Assembly: GCF_006345805.1 (NCBI RefSeq) | Contig: NC_043002.1 | Span: 62,992,001 to 63,056,000 of the forward strand | Direction: 5' to 3' | Length of the DNA: 64,000 nt | From: Octopus sinensis | Taxonomy: Eukaryota | In this document: positions 1-18,689 of the stretch, piece after piece | Numbering within the stretch: position 1 is the stretch's first letter | Layout of the letters: every line of letters starts with the position of its first letter | Made by a program: the position numbers and the translations under genes | The notes under the pieces: model-generated | What the model was told of the DNA's origin: nothing | Seen by the model: the letters and a program-made list of their open reading frames with translations, nothing else | The model's database searches: none

Positions 1-360
1 CGTTTAATCGTTACTTATCGATGATCAAGAGAATGGTTCTGTAATGTAAAACAGTACGTACATTTCCATCTATATAAATTGCAACATTAAGCAAACATTT
101 ACGATTTTTCATCGAGAATTCACAAATCCACTCAACCACATAACCGTAAATTCATACATATTTTGTATCAGAGGAGGACTTTATCATAGCCCTGTAAAGA
201 AAAGCAAAAAAAAAAAAAAAAGATGAGACACAAACAAAGAACGAAATGCCGTTGAAAAATATCAACACCACCAATACCATCACCGCCCTCTGTATCACCA
301 GCGACACCACCACCACCACCACCACCACCACCACCACCACCACTACTACTACTACTACTA

Positions 361-409
<49 letters not shown>

Positions 410-452
410 ACTACTACTAATACTGCTACTGCTGCTGCTGCTACTGAATTCA

Positions 453-1400
453 CCACAACCACGTCACCTCCACGATCACCACCGCCACTATGGCCATCGG
501 CATCACCACCACCACCATCATCATCATTACAACCACGACCAGCACCGCCAGCACAACCATCGCCAACATCAGCAACACAACCAACACCACCACCACCACC
601 GCCACCGCCACCATTCACATCACGACTACCGCAAGTAACTCCGCCATCACATCTAATTTCAACATCCGCACCAAAACCAAAACCATCATCGCCGTCATCA
701 CTACCACCAGGATCACCACCACCACCACCGCCATCATCATCATTAACGCAACTACCACCACGACCAGCCACCTTCACAACCACGTCACCTCCACGATCAC
801 CACCGCCACTATGGCCATCGGCATCACCATCACCACCATCATCATCATTACAACCACGACCAGCACCGCCAGCACAACCATCGCCAACATCAGCAACACA
901 ACCAACACCACCACCACCACCACCATTCGCATCACGACTACCGCAAGTAACTCCGCCATCACATCTAATTTCAACATCCGCACCAAAACCAAAACCACCA
1001 TCGCCGTCATCACTACCACCAGGATCACCACCACCACCACCGCCATCATCATCATTAACGCAACTACCACCACGACCAGCCACCTTCACAACCACGTCAC
1101 CTCCACGATCACCACCGCCACTATGGCCATCGGCATCACCACCACCACCATCATCATCATTACAACCACGACCAGCACCGCCAGCACAACCATCGCCAAC
1201 ATCAGCAACACAACCAACACCACCACCACCACCACCATTCACATCACGACTACCGCAAGTAACTCCGCCATCACATCTAATTTCAACATCCGCACCAAAA
1301 CCAAAACCACCATCGCCGTCATCACTACCACCAGGATCACCACCACCACCACCGCCATCATCATCATTAACGCAACTACCACCACGACCAGCCACCTTCA
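453..1400. repeat. Three near-identical tandem copies (periods 321 and 312 bp) of an ACC/ATC-rich cryptic trinucleotide unit, preceded by (ACC)n(ACT)n(GCT)n at about 305-445
   Basis: ATGGCCATCGGCATCACC recurs at 490, 811 and 1123; copies differ mainly by triplet indels. Confidence 0.9.
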
Positions 1401-1859
1401 CAATCACTAACATAAGCATCCTCACCTCCACCACCACGATCAACATAAACGAACGAGAACACCAAAAGTCAAACCTTGACGATAAGGTGGTTATGTTATC
1501 TGCTAGAAATATCAGACAAAATGTCCTTGTATCACATCCCTATAAAACAATTTATTGATTACTTTCAAATTCACAAAACCAGAAATTTCGGACAGGAAGA
1601 ATCTATCAATTTCATCGACCTCGGTACTTCACCTCTGTTTGTTTTACCAACTTAAGAAGGACTTGAACTTACAGCGTTAAAAGCCGTAACTAAATACCGG
1701 AAAATCGTTTATTCACAGTTCCAACAATTCTGTTAATCAACCATCTTAGCATCTTAACAGAAAACAAATAAATAAATAAATATATGAGATGCTGAAGAAT
1801 ATATTGAATAAAAGAGTTTCTGGTACACGATATTTACCATTTTACCATTTTCTGTTATC

Positions 1860-2250
1860 GTTAACTTGTTTCAATCATTAGACTGCGGCCATGATAGGGC
1901 ACCGCCTTGAAGAAAGTTTAGTCAAATTAATCGACTCCAGTACTTAAATATTTCAAAGATTGATACCTATGCTAGCGTTCTCTTTTGACGAATCGACAAG
2001 TTACAGGGACGCAAACTGGCTATCACCGGTTGTAGGCAGTGGTGGACGGACGAACATTGATGCAAAGAGAAACGCACATGGAACCAAAAATAAGCACGCC
2101 GAATATATATCTATCTACCAAATCCACTCACAAGACCCCTTGGTCGGCTCGTGGCTATAGTAGAAAACAGCTGCCCAAGGTGTCACGCAGTGGGACCGAA
2201 CCCCAAACAATAAGGTTGAGAAATAGGCATTTCAATACACAGCTATGACT
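1860..2250 (-). mobile_element. tRNA-derived SINE family A, diverged copy
   Basis: Matches the 28785-29212 and 46930-47333 copies (ccaaatccactcacaag...gcccaaggtgtcacgcagtgggac). Confidence 0.75.
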
Positions 2251-3289
2251 GCAGTTATATTTGGGAAAAAATATTAAAAAATAACGAAAGAATTTACAAC
2301 AGGGTGGTCATTGGTGGAACGTTGCTAAGTGGGGTCTAAGGCCTAGGATTACACACGTGAGCAGAACACACTCAGAGATTTGGTATCTTCTCTCTGTGTG
2401 GGTCAATTACATGGCCTTGAAGCCATATTCTATTCTAGTCTTTAAGTCGGTATAATCAGCGCAGGATGAGATACATTAAGTTTTAGTATTCGCTCGGACT
2501 TTTATACACCGCGTTGAATGTAGCATAAATGCATGCAAACCATGCCAATATCAGCTATATTTTTCATGCCATCGAGGTCGACAACGTATCAAAATTGTGG
2601 TTGATTCTTTCTTCTGAAGCTGTCTAGAAGAGCGCCGCAGGATTCCGACCTGAAAGCTGAGTGTGCTTCAAAGGATTTCAAACTCATGCTTCTACAACAT
2701 AGCATCAGCAGCACTAAAGAACTAGCAACACCGTAAGTGTTTATTTTGCTCTTCGTTGCTGTTCTTCTTGCTGCTTGCTCTCACTTCAAATGTGATTAAG
2801 GGAATCTAGAAAGAAATCCGTTTAACATGACTACTGTATCATTTGGGGCAGTATCCTTAATTACTATAATTCCACATGAAAGCAGGAGTATTGTGAAATT
2901 TAAGAAGGTTTACCAGCTATTTGTAGCAGATCTAGCGACCAAGTAGTGCACCCTACATCGTAGTTTGTTTTATAAATTACTTGAGAACGTATTGGTGTTG
3001 ATAGCGATAGTGGCCATGGTGCAGGCAGCGGTAATCATTCTTTTGTTTCGTCGATGCTCACTTGACAGAGTAGAGACAAATACTTCGTTGAACATTCTAT
3101 CGTTTTTCAGTAAACCCAGTATATATGCGATTACATTACATCATGCATCCCACATTTATTATAAATATAATATACGGTGTAAATTGTGAGATATTTGATT
3201 ACTATTTATTGTATATCACGTGTACATTTAATTGGGACTAACAAAATTCGATGAAGTTGGTTTGCAGTTAAATTTGCATGGTAAAAATC

Positions 3290-3830
3290 GGTGGCCTGTA
3301 GTCCATACACGTGTCAGGGGTTAAATACGCTGACCATTTGTGGGGGACAGCTGACCTTGGGTAGTAAACTAGTAGCCAATTACCAGAATCTTGAAGGTCA
3401 ATAACAGGTCTACAATTGATGGAGAATACGGGTGTGTGGAATATGCATAATCTCTAACGGAGATAGATTTGTAAATTGCAGACTTCAGTTAAGTAAGCGG
3501 CAGCCCAGTCCAAAATACTCCATTTTATGAGTGGACGTCATTTTGAAGGTCATGGAGGTACTTCAGATGGAGTAGAACAAGGAGAATTTCCCCCGACCCT
3601 AGCACCTTCACTTCGGTTGTCACATCCGTGTTGTGGTGTTTTGTCGTGCCATCAGATGGAGCGATGGTGACTCAACTTTTCAGAGGCGCGATTCTCGCAG
3701 TTGACATTTGTTAAGACTTCAGCAGTTCCAGGTTTATGTGTGTTTTTGCGCTTAGATTTGCACTCTGTCTCCGAACATCTGAGGAGATGCATGTGTCTAC
3801 TCGCCCCACAAGTCGTTAGGAGCGACGCTA
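3290..3830 (-). pseudogene. Possible highly degenerate LINE AP-endonuclease relic
   Basis: Minus strand loosely echoes the PTH..LDL..SDH motif order across frameshifts; GC is higher than the flanks. Confidence 0.25.
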
Positions 3831-3989
3831 AAGTATTAGTTATTCACACACACATGTATATATGTACAAGTAAATATGTGTGCATACATATATACATAAT
3901 CATATATACTTATATATACGCATTACACATATATAAACATATATTCACACACACATACAGACGCTCATATATTTTACCTGTGAATAATG

Positions 3990-4800
3990 CTAGTTTCAAA
4001 TTTTGGCACAAGGCCTGCAATTTCGGGTGAAGGGATAACTCGACCCGAACGCACAACTGGTACATGTTTTACCGACCCTGAAAGGAGGAGAGGCAAAGTC
4101 GATATCGACGTCGCTTAAACTCAGAAGGTAACGGCGGACGAAATGTATCTAAACATTTTGACCGGCGTGCTAATGAATTTGTCTTCAAATAAAATAGAAT
4201 AAAATTCTTTCACGCTTTCCTTGCATCCCATATTTCTTAACTGAATGGGATGTCGGTCCGTCACAGAATCACATATTATTTTCCAATTAGGTGAACTGGA
4301 AAAACGGGAGACGCAGCGACGTTCTCAGGAAAAAGTACATCACAAGGGCCAGGAATCGAAACCATAATCGTACGATCTTGGTTCTGACACCCTAACCACT
4401 TGGCCACACATCTCCATAGAGAAGAGAATAATCTTGGTACCAAATTTCAGGGGAATGAGTAAGTCAGATGCATCGACGCCAGCACTCAAGTGGCACTTAT
4501 TGCATCGACCTCCGCAGAATTTGAACCTAGAATGTACAGACGGACGGAATGCAGCAAAATATTTTGTCTGGCGTGCTAATGATTCTCTTGTACTCTAGAT
4601 ACAAGGCCCGAAATTTGGGGGGAGGGGGCTAGCCAATTAGATCGACTCCAGTACGCAGCTGGTACTTAATTCATCGATCCCGAAAAGATGAAAGCCAGTC
4701 GACCTCAGAGGATTTTGAACTCAGAACGTAAAAACCGTCGAAATACCTCTCTAAGCATTTCGCCCGAATTGTTAATGATTCTGCCGATTCGCCGCCTTAG
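3990..4800 (-). mobile_element. SINE cluster: three family B copies (about 3990-4180, 4435-4580, 4600-4800) and one degenerate CORE-type copy (about 4230-4420)
   Basis: Reverse complements match ggcgagctggcagaatcgttagc...gtcgactttgcctttcatcctttcggggtcgat; the 4230-4420 copy has an A/B-box-like head. Confidence 0.75.
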
Positions 4801-5383
4801 AGCTGCGAATTATATTAAAAGCTGTCGTACGAGTATTGAAACATACAGTTCATATCAGGGACGTAGTTAGATATTTTCATTGTGATGATCACGCAAGATG
4901 TCAAATGAAAACAAAACAAGTATAGAAATACATAAAATTTATAAATAAATAGCAAACAAAAAAAAGGTATATAAAATATCTTAGATTCCCAATTTAATAG
5001 CTACAATAACTTTGGAAGCATTCACTCTTGAATATAAATGGAAGAATAGGTTACAGCACGTATTTCCATCAGCATCCACTAAAACAGTCATAAATGGCGA
5101 AGCAAGCATTGCCGATTGTGAATGTCCACTTATGTATAAATCGTCAGTTATAACATCTCAGAAGGGTCTTTAGAATCTCGTGCACGAAAGCAGGAAGGCA
5201 AAAGGAAAATTAATAGGATAAAACAAACGCGAGTTAATGCGGATATTGAAGAGATTTACTAGACTGCATTCTACAGTTATAGAGAAACAAATTTAGCTCT
5301 GACTTTACAAAGAGAGAGAACATATAGGGAAACAAAAATAACAATAAAACAAAAAATAAAATACACACACACTTTCATATGTG

Positions 5384-5425
<42 letters not shown>

Positions 5426-5487
5426 TATTTATAGCCTTTTATATGTCTTAGCCTTACAGCTGCGGCCATGCTGGGGTACCGCCAGTG

Positions 5488-5560
<73 letters not shown>

Positions 5561-5663
5561 TGTTTATACATACATATATATATATATATATATAATATAT
5601 ATATATATATACGTATATGTATAATATTGCTCTCTACTCTCCACGGCTCTTTTCCTATTTTCC

Positions 5664-5703
<40 letters not shown>

Positions 5704-5843
5704 CTAGCTCTTCAACCGCTCTTTCTCTTTTAACATACACACACACACACACACACATATATATTCTTGTTTGTTAACTGACTACGCACCTAAATTGAGA
5801 AGAAGCTAGTGCACATATATTGTATTACGCAGACAGCACAAAA

Positions 5844-5909
<66 letters not shown>

Positions 5910-6447
5910 ATAACGAAGTATAAGAGAGTTGCTAAGATAAAATATATTACACGAAATAAACCAAAAGGAAAAAGCCATGTTAAATGCATTAATTTGATAT
6001 ATTAGTTGAAAAAATAAGAAGCCACATTTAACACAAAGCTTTCCAGTGATGGAATTAACACCTGGTTCACACTTACAATACTATATACATTCTGAAATAC
6101 ATCTGGCATCAGAGATAAGAAAATAACAAGCCAATTGCTAACAAATGAGAACCAGGCACAACGATAAAGCTTTCATACTTGTCTTACATACAACTGCAAT
6201 AAGAACCGCTACTAAATTTATCTCATCTAAGAATGTCTTACATGAGACGGCAATAAACGTGTTTTGCTCGTCCAATTAAATTATGCAGGGTCAATATGTA
6301 GCAATATAAAATTCTTAGTGGATTAACTGCGAAGATGAACGGAAACTGACGATTTCTAACGACGTTAGATATTGTCTTTATCATTGTATCAATGTGCATA
6401 CAGTCTTGCCGAAAAGTATATATATCCCACATTTTTCTATCTATCTG

Positions 6448-6680
6448 TGAAGGCGCTTGTTGTAGTGGTTAGACTGTTGTGCTGACGATCGCTAGATCGC
6501 TGGTTCGATTCCTTGATAGGGTGACGCAAAACACTTCCTTTCTCGTTGCTTCAGACTCCCTTTCGATAAGTGGGGAAAGTCGGCCTGCTCTCCTAGCTAG
6601 CGGGATGGCGTTTTCTGAAGGGTACAAACAATGCAAAACGCGAAGTGTAACAATATTTGCTAACCTGGTGGATCACATGA
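6448..6680 (+). mobile_element. tRNA-derived SINE family C, diverged
   Basis: Head tagtggttag...ggttcgattcc; body similar to 33836-34120. Confidence 0.65.
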
Positions 6681-8887
6681 TCTATCTATCTATCTATATA
6701 TATATATATCATCAAGGTGGCTAGTAGCAGTTTTAAAACCAAGGAAATATATGCGCGTGCGCGCGTGTGTGTGTGTATGTATGCATTTATTATGCATACC
6801 CTACCTTAAATATACTGAAAGGTGCATAGACCTGCTGGCTACTCTTGTGAAGTTCATGAGCGTGCATTCAAGTAGCAACACAAACCTAACAAGCCAGGCA
6901 CACACATACAGACACACATATAGACTAGTGCGTTCTTACACAAACAGTCTCACGTGAAGACATGCACACACATGCACACATACATGCATATGATTAGATG
7001 GTGGATTCAAAGGAAATATGTAGTGGTACTCGTTCGGAACTTGCAAGATGTCCTAAATAACACATTGTCCTTTGTCGTTGTGGAATGTGATAAATTAACT
7101 ACAGTTCGATCGTCATCTTTTACTGTCTATCTGTAAATACATATCTTTCATCCTTTACCTATTTCGGTCAGTAAATTGCAGCCATACTTGAGAATCAGCC
7201 TCAAGAATTTTCACCAAAATGAATCCACTCTAGCGCTTTGTTTACATCTCATAAAGCCTGGTTCTTATTCTAACGCTACATATAGATCCACACACACACA
7301 CACATGTTATATGCATCAGTCGAGTTGTCTTAAGTGATAAGGCAACGGTAATTGCCGACACTGACGCGCCAGTATTAAGAATTCTCAATCGGTAATTTTC
7401 GGACAATAAGATTCCTGTTAGTAAATATGTTTCCATTCATGTGCGTTAACTAAAGCATTAGAGTGGTTTAGCTCTTATTTCTAGCAATGTAGGAGTTTCC
7501 TAACTCCCTAGTCACACTTAATGGCATTTGTATTTCTTTCTTTTTGGCGAAACATTGCATACTGTTGTTTAAATTCATTTTATATATGTGTGTGTGTGTG
7601 AGTGTGTGTACGCGCGCGTAGCGTTCCTTGTATTTGTGATTTTTATCTGATAAATTCGTATCTTTCTTATTATTAGTTTAGTTTAACTAAACCCTGCAAA
7701 GAAAAAACAAAAATATTTGATGCATAAGAAAACAGAAATCAAAATTAATGCATCTGGGTCAGGAATCCGTGTTTATGTGTTCAAGTTGGCTTGTAACTCT
7801 TCGAATGAATGCCTTCATTAGGCGGAAATGAATAAAGAGGAACTCTGCTTAGTACAGTGAATATATTAGTGGAAGTTCAATCACGAGATATTAAAACTTA
7901 GTGAAACAGCGTAGATTTTCCAATTCACTCCTATTCATCGGTTGTTAATTCACCAGAATGCATCGACAAACATTGCGAAATCTATATTTCAAGCTGTAAA
8001 TATAGTTATTTTAAAAATACATTAAGAAAATGAAATGGCGAGTCGAATATCAATAACGGTTCATCAAATTTTCTTGTAGCATGACTTGATCGACTCTTGT
8101 GTGATTTATCTGGATAAATTCATGTCTCCTGTTATTATTTGGTTCCGGCTGATGTGAATTACTGGATTGTTTATAGAAGACGTTTTAATCGCAGTTTCGT
8201 GTCCTGGTGATATTTGTATTTATTTCGGAATATTTATGATTTGAATCTATTTTAGGTCACTTAAACTAGACACACGCACACATACACACACACGTTATTG
8301 ACTTTCTGGTTTCCGATCTTCTGAAAATTATGAAGAATAAAACTTAGAATAACCTATAAAATGGCTATACAGTGAAAGTGTCCGAATGTCAAGGTGATAA
8401 AGCGTTGGCTGACATGGGTTAGGGGTACGATATTGGTAAATGGTCCAATCTATTTGAATAACAGTGGTGGAAATATCACTCTTAGATTGGAGGAGACGAT
8501 ATGTTATACAAAGTAATATTGTGGGATCTACTCAAAACGCACACGTACACATGCAAGCACGCAAACACATATATAGGTGATTTTCAGCGATAAATATGCA
8601 CTTGTTGACAATTTTATGAACGAAACTATTTAGGCCATCTTCTCTGTGTAGGCCGCTTCAAAAGGTAGAACACCTCTCAACCAAAATATAGATAGCAGTA
8701 ATTTCATCCTTTAAACTTATTGCCAAATTCTGTGGAAATAATAGTTCCCTTGTTGTGTGTGTGTGTGTATGTGTGTGTGTGTGTGTGTGTAAGTGCGGTG
8801 CGCGCGTCTGTGTATGTATATGTGTGTATGTGCGCGTCTGTGTATATGTGTGCATATATAAATATATTAAAAATGTTCGCTTACTGA

Positions 8888-8937
8888 TTTAATTAATTAC
8901 CGATCTATCTATATTGATAGATCGGTAATTAATTAAA
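8888..8937. repeat. Perfect 22-bp-arm hairpin with 6-nt loop
   Basis: tttaattaattaccgatctatc-tatatt-gatagatcggtaattaattaaa. Confidence 0.9.
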
Positions 8938-9449
8938 GAAGTCAGTGGGTCCCTCCGTTTCTTTCTTTCTTTCTCTCTCATTTACACTTTGTCTCCACAT
9001 TTTCCTGCCTCTCTTTCTCTCTCTCTTTCTCTCCACACTCATATTCTCTCTAAATTTCTCTGTCAACTCCTTGACATTAGTTTAATTCCACATTTTATAT
9101 GTTCCCCTATGTGAGTGACTGCTTCCCTTTCTCTTTACCTATACATCTTTCTTTGTTCCTATGTGAAGATCTCTCTTTGTCTCTCTCACTGTATATGCAT
9201 ATATATTTTTTTTTTCTAGTTTCAGCTCAGAGCTGCGGCCATGCTGATGCAGCGCCGTTTTGTGCTACACTGTTATTACGAAGAACCTCGTCTAATATGT
9301 GGCACTTGGTGAAGAATGGTGTTTGATATAGCTACTCTCATTTGCACTTCTTGCCATGAGGTAGGTTCATCTGGGACTCTCGACAGGAAGATGTCCAGCT
9401 TTGGATTTAAAAACCGCTACATCTACTTTGTGCAAGTTCCTCAGACTCT

Positions 9450-9480
<31 letters not shown>

Positions 9481-9510
9481 GTAATATGTATGTATATATA
9501 TAGTAAAAGG

Positions 9511-9549
<39 letters not shown>

Positions 9550-9572
9550 TACTAGAAAATATATATATATAT

Positions 9573-9855
9573 ATTGATAAAACGGTAAGACAACAAAAGG
9601 AAGAAACCTTGATTTTATGTAAATAGAGGAATTTATCTGTAAATGTAATATGTGACAATTATTCGGTAGCCATGATAAAACTCCGAGTTTCGGATGACAA
9701 GGTGGAAATCCACGCCGCCATCTCTTCAGTTATCCGGCCATCCGAAAAATGCTGGCCGGATAACTGAAGAGATAGCGGCGTGGATTTCCACCTCAGCATC
9801 TGAAACTCGGAATTTTATCATGACTGCCAAATAATTGTCATATATTACATTTACA
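9573..9855. mobile_element. Asymmetric fold-back element (arms 9638-9740 and 9753-9855), Penelope-like terminal-repeat derivative, between microsatellites
   Basis: About 100-bp inverted arms with the left arm extended; each arm holds a CTGAAGA...GAAA motif; same terminal sequence inverted at 25030-25095. Confidence 0.75.
9674..9734 (-). ncRNA. Type I hammerhead ribozyme fold
   Basis: GAUAA-CUGAAGA-[GAUGGCGGCGUGG auuu CCACCUUGUCAUCC]-GAAA-CU cgg AG-U-U-UUAUC: stem I GAUAA/UUAUC, stem III ACU/AGU, GUU triplet; slightly decayed mirror copy on + at 9759-9819. Confidence 0.65.
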
Positions 9856-10013
9856 CACACAGACACACACACACACACATACATACGCACATATGGATGT
9901 GGGAGTGAGTGTATGTATATGCATATGTAGATATGTACGTATGTATGTATGTTTATATCTGTGTATATGTATAAATATATAAAGATATATATGTAGTCAT
10001 GTATGTATGCATG

Positions 10014-10055
<42 letters not shown>

Positions 10056-10371
10056 TATGTACAAGCATACATACAAACATATCTATATAGGCATATATGT
10101 GTGTGTGTGTGTTTGTGCGTGTAACGAAAATGTGATATAAAATAAAAATATGATTTTCTTCTTGCATATTCATTGTTGTTATACACACACACACGCACAC
10201 ACACGCACGCACACACACACACATACACACACACACACACACATATATATGTATTTATATAGGTAAGTATGTTTTCTTCTGTCTATCTATCTCATCCATT
10301 GTCATTCGAAATACCTCCGTTCCCTGCCATCGCTATCTCTTGAATCGGTTCGTCATGTCACATTTTCATCG

Positions 10372-10445
<74 letters not shown>

Positions 10446-10481
10446 ACAAGTATATATACATATATATACATATACATACGT

Positions 10482-10551
<70 letters not shown>

Positions 10552-10654
10552 CATACATAGAGCATCGACATTTAACAATTAACCCACAACCAAAACCAAA
10601 CGGTTTATGTCGATCGATATACATAGCCTGCAGTTATAACAGCTGTACAAGTCA

Positions 10655-13590
<2,936 letters not shown>

Positions 13591-15039
13591 AAAATAATTA
13601 CGTAAAATCGGGAAGAAGACCAGATATTTAACTAGAAGTTTATTTTATTTTCATCGGAAGGATAAGAACTAAAATTGATCTCTCATGATTTGAACACAGA
13701 TCGTATAGTGCACCAGCTTAATACAGCAAGTCAGTTTTACTTGACACTCTTATGAATCTGCCAAAAGTATTTAATAAACCCGTTCATCCTATTAGATATA
13801 GTAGTCTTCATGGTGGTGGTGTTGATGGCATCAGCTTTAATGGTTGTAGTCATGATAGGAGTGACTAACATGGTAAAGGTATTAACAAGAGTGCTTGTTC
13901 TGCCAATCGTTAATATTGGTTATTGTGTTGGCAAAGAGGCGAGCAGGGTGACAAAGTGACAAAAAGATTGTATACAGCATATTTTTTGATTAAAGTGCAG
14001 AGACGGTACAAAGATTCTACAACATCTTTTATGACGAATTATTCTTATCGACGACGTTTAGTCCCAAGCCAGCCCAGATCAGAAAGGATTATGAGGAGAG
14101 ACAATTCCACATTCTTGAGTTTCTAGAGTATGTTGACAACACTCCGCAATAGGATCTCGGATTTTTTTCTTTTTTAATGAAGATGGCAAAATACTTGAGT
14201 AAAATTTGATTGCTTTATTCCAGCACATCGTGATAGATCAATGGCATGCAACAATCTTTATTAGTTTGTATGATTGATAGCTGTTGTCGTTTAGCCCAAG
14301 GTCATCACTGATCAAGCAGAGTATTGATCAAAAGGAATCGCGTTAATGTCATCTAGTCTTCTGTTTTTTTTTTTTTTAATAAATGAGAGAGCACAGCTTC
14401 TTCCAATTGTGGCGTCCTGGAGATCAAATTTAGAATTAATGTTTCAGTTCACACGCAAACTTTAAAATTACTGATGCATCTCGCAAAGAAATTTTCATAA
14501 AATAAATATTTTAATGTTAGAAATTTTTTGGAAAAAAAAAAAAAACGAAACACGGAAGAAAGTGTTTCTTACCTCCGTTTATTAATATTTGTGTATAACA
14601 ATATTGTGAAAAGTATGATTTTTCAAGACGCTTAAAACATCAGTAAACATTTTCTAAAGCCATTAGTATTTCGTCTCCCAAATTCTACGTCGCATAATTT
14701 GAGAACAGTAACTTTAGTGTGTGGTTCAGAAGATCTTTGGCTATTTCTAATACTACATGTTACCATATAGGGTGTTTCAGTTACCATGTTGAAGGTTATT
14801 TCATAACACTACTGCTCGCTTTGTAGTGATAAAGGCAGCTATTTTTGCTGCTGTTAAGAACTTTTCAAGAAGAGCTGCCTTCAAATGCTTTCAAAGCCAT
14901 GTAGTACTTTTCCCCTGTACTGGTAACCGAGAACCACATCAATCAAATAGTCATTTTCTAAGTATGGAGGGGTGCAATATAACTGAAATTTGGCTGCTAT
15001 TTCACGCATTTCAAATTATCGCGTAGAAGGACCAGTATT

Positions 15040-15241
15040 GGTTTACTCTTTACTCTTTATTTGTTTCAGTCATTTGCCTGCGTCCATGCTGGAGCACCGC
15101 CTTTGGTCGAAGTAATCGACCCCAGAACTTATTCTTTGTAAGCCTAGTACTTATTCTATCGGTCTCTTTTGCAGAACTGTTAAATTACAGCATCCGTTGT
15201 CAAGTGATGTTGGGGGATAAACATATATACATATATACACA

Positions 15242-15338
<97 letters not shown>

Positions 15339-15460
15339 CGACGGGCTTCTGTCAGTTTCTGTCCACCAAATCCACTCACAAGGCTTTGGTCGGCTCGAGG
15401 CTACGGTAGAAGACACTTGCCCAAGGTGCCACGCAGTGGGACTGAACCTCGAACCATATG
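15040..15460 (-). mobile_element. SINE family A with internal (TA)n
   Basis: Matches the other family A copies over tail and head. Confidence 0.85.
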
Positions 15461-16127
15461 AATGATGTTGGTGATTGCGGATACCCTTTCTCTAACACCC
15501 ACCCTCTTTCTATCACTCACCCTGTCTCGCCCCATGGAATAATATCAGCTATTAACGCACAAAAATCTTCCCAGCACCTTTGTCCATCCGTACATTTATA
15601 TAATCAACCAATCCGTAATTAGACCAGATACCTCTAGGAACATCTGTTAGTCTTTTGTTGTTGTTATTGTTGCTGTTGTTGTTATTGCTGTGATTGTGGT
15701 TGTTGTTGACTTCGCTGCCTCCCATATCCATTATTTTTGCTATCATTACCGCCGCTGTTTGTTTTTTGCCAGGTGTTTTTAGCTCCTTTGTTTGTTTAAC
15801 CCATCAAGACTAGAGCCATACTGACGCATTTTTCTCAGCTACTCATGTTGTTCTTGATTACCACTTGCTTTATTACACTTGCAGTAATTGATGTTTCTAC
15901 TATAGTTTTTGCACATGCTGCACTTTATCCGCTTCTCTCAAAGCTGTTTGTCGACGTTGTTCTGACTACATTATCCCACAATTTCCTTCATTATTGTGGC
16001 CTCTGCTCTGCGTGATTGTATTATTAGAGAATTTGTCCTTATCAATGTTCTTTAACACAAATTTATTAGCGATTAATCGAGTAATGACAATCCGATTTGA
16101 CCGCCCCATCTTCTTTCTCTTCTAGCA

Positions 16128-16158
<31 letters not shown>

Positions 16159-16167
16159 ATATATATA

Positions 16168-16789
<622 letters not shown>

Positions 16790-16849
16790 CAGTATACATT
16801 TAAACACATGCGGCATCCATCATAGGACTCCTTGCACGCTAGAGAGAAC

Positions 16850-17600
16850 TGTTGAGTATCTTCCCCTTCTCTTGACGAACGTTGCATACTTATCTATGTC
16901 AAATTCCATGCCTATAACTTTGCTGAAGAGTGTCAGAATCTGTATTAAGGAATCCATCTTCTTTTCATTCTTGCTAAAAAATCTTCAGATCATCCTCGTA
17001 GAGTAAATGGTTAATTTTTTCGTTACTATTTCTGAACCCGATAGCCTGCCTCTACCCTCCTTAATCGTAAACAGAGGGGGATCAAACATAAGATAAATAT
17101 TAAAAGGGACAAGGAGTTCTCTCTGGAAAATTCCTGTTTTGATATTAACTTTCATTTCATAGTCATTCCTGCAACTTATCCCTGTTATCGTTAGAATTTT
17201 CTTTCTAGCTTTTACTTCGTTTAGAATTGCTTTGTCTAGGTATAATAGATCATGCGTTCCCTTAACCTTCTTCCGGCAACCTTTTTATTCTTCTGGTAGT
17301 AAATTCTATTTCACAAGGTGCTCGTAAATGCTTTCTGACAGCATCCCTGTTAACAGCTTCCACACTAATGGTAAGCAAGTGATTGGTCTATAGCTGTTAT
17401 TTGTATTACCCTCGCTCTTCTCTTTTTCAAAGAATATTTTCCGCCCTCTAATCATGCTATCTGGTATTATTCCTCCATTTAGGCAATCCAGAAGTTGTTC
17501 CCTCAGCTTCCCATGTAAACTACTGAATTTTTTGGCCAGTACCCTTGAACTAAATCTGATCCAGGGCTCTTCCAATTCGGCATTTTCCCTAACAGTTTAC
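16850..17600 (-). pseudogene. R4/Dong-clade non-LTR retrotransposon reverse transcriptase relic
   Basis: YRPITCLPLVWKLLTG, NLLPEE*KGCRK and [14 protein letters not shown] (YMDD box) motifs with stops and deletions. Confidence 0.9.
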
Positions 17601-17776
17601 TGATTAATTGATTAATATACTTGTTCGTCTTAGATATGGCTGCTTTTCGCTCATTATTTCTTCCTTCACTTACATTAGCCATACTGCATTACCAATTATT
17701 TTTCGACATCAGCTATTTTCACGCAACTTTTTATTGCATCGTTTATTGCTCCTTTGTGCTGGTGGGGTGGCGTGTC

Positions 17777-18547
<771 letters not shown>

Positions 18548-18689
18548 GCATCATTTACTTTTAATCTGCATGTTTGTTACAATCACCTGCCGAGCCACAT
18601 CCAGCGTCCTAGGGCGAGTACTGGATAAGAGATGCTACAGAATGACTGAAAGCTTGGGGAGGCGAATTGGTAGGAGCAGTAATACAACA

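Noticed and set aside
6030-6075. Minus-strand GTGAAC-CAGGTG..CACTG-GAAAGCTT as a G3-C8 hammerhead
   Set aside because: A9 missing and stem I does not pair
15244-15340. Single AA/TT phase shift near the middle of most long (TA)n tracts
   Set aside because: So systematic that an assembly or consensus artefact is the simplest cause; needs raw reads
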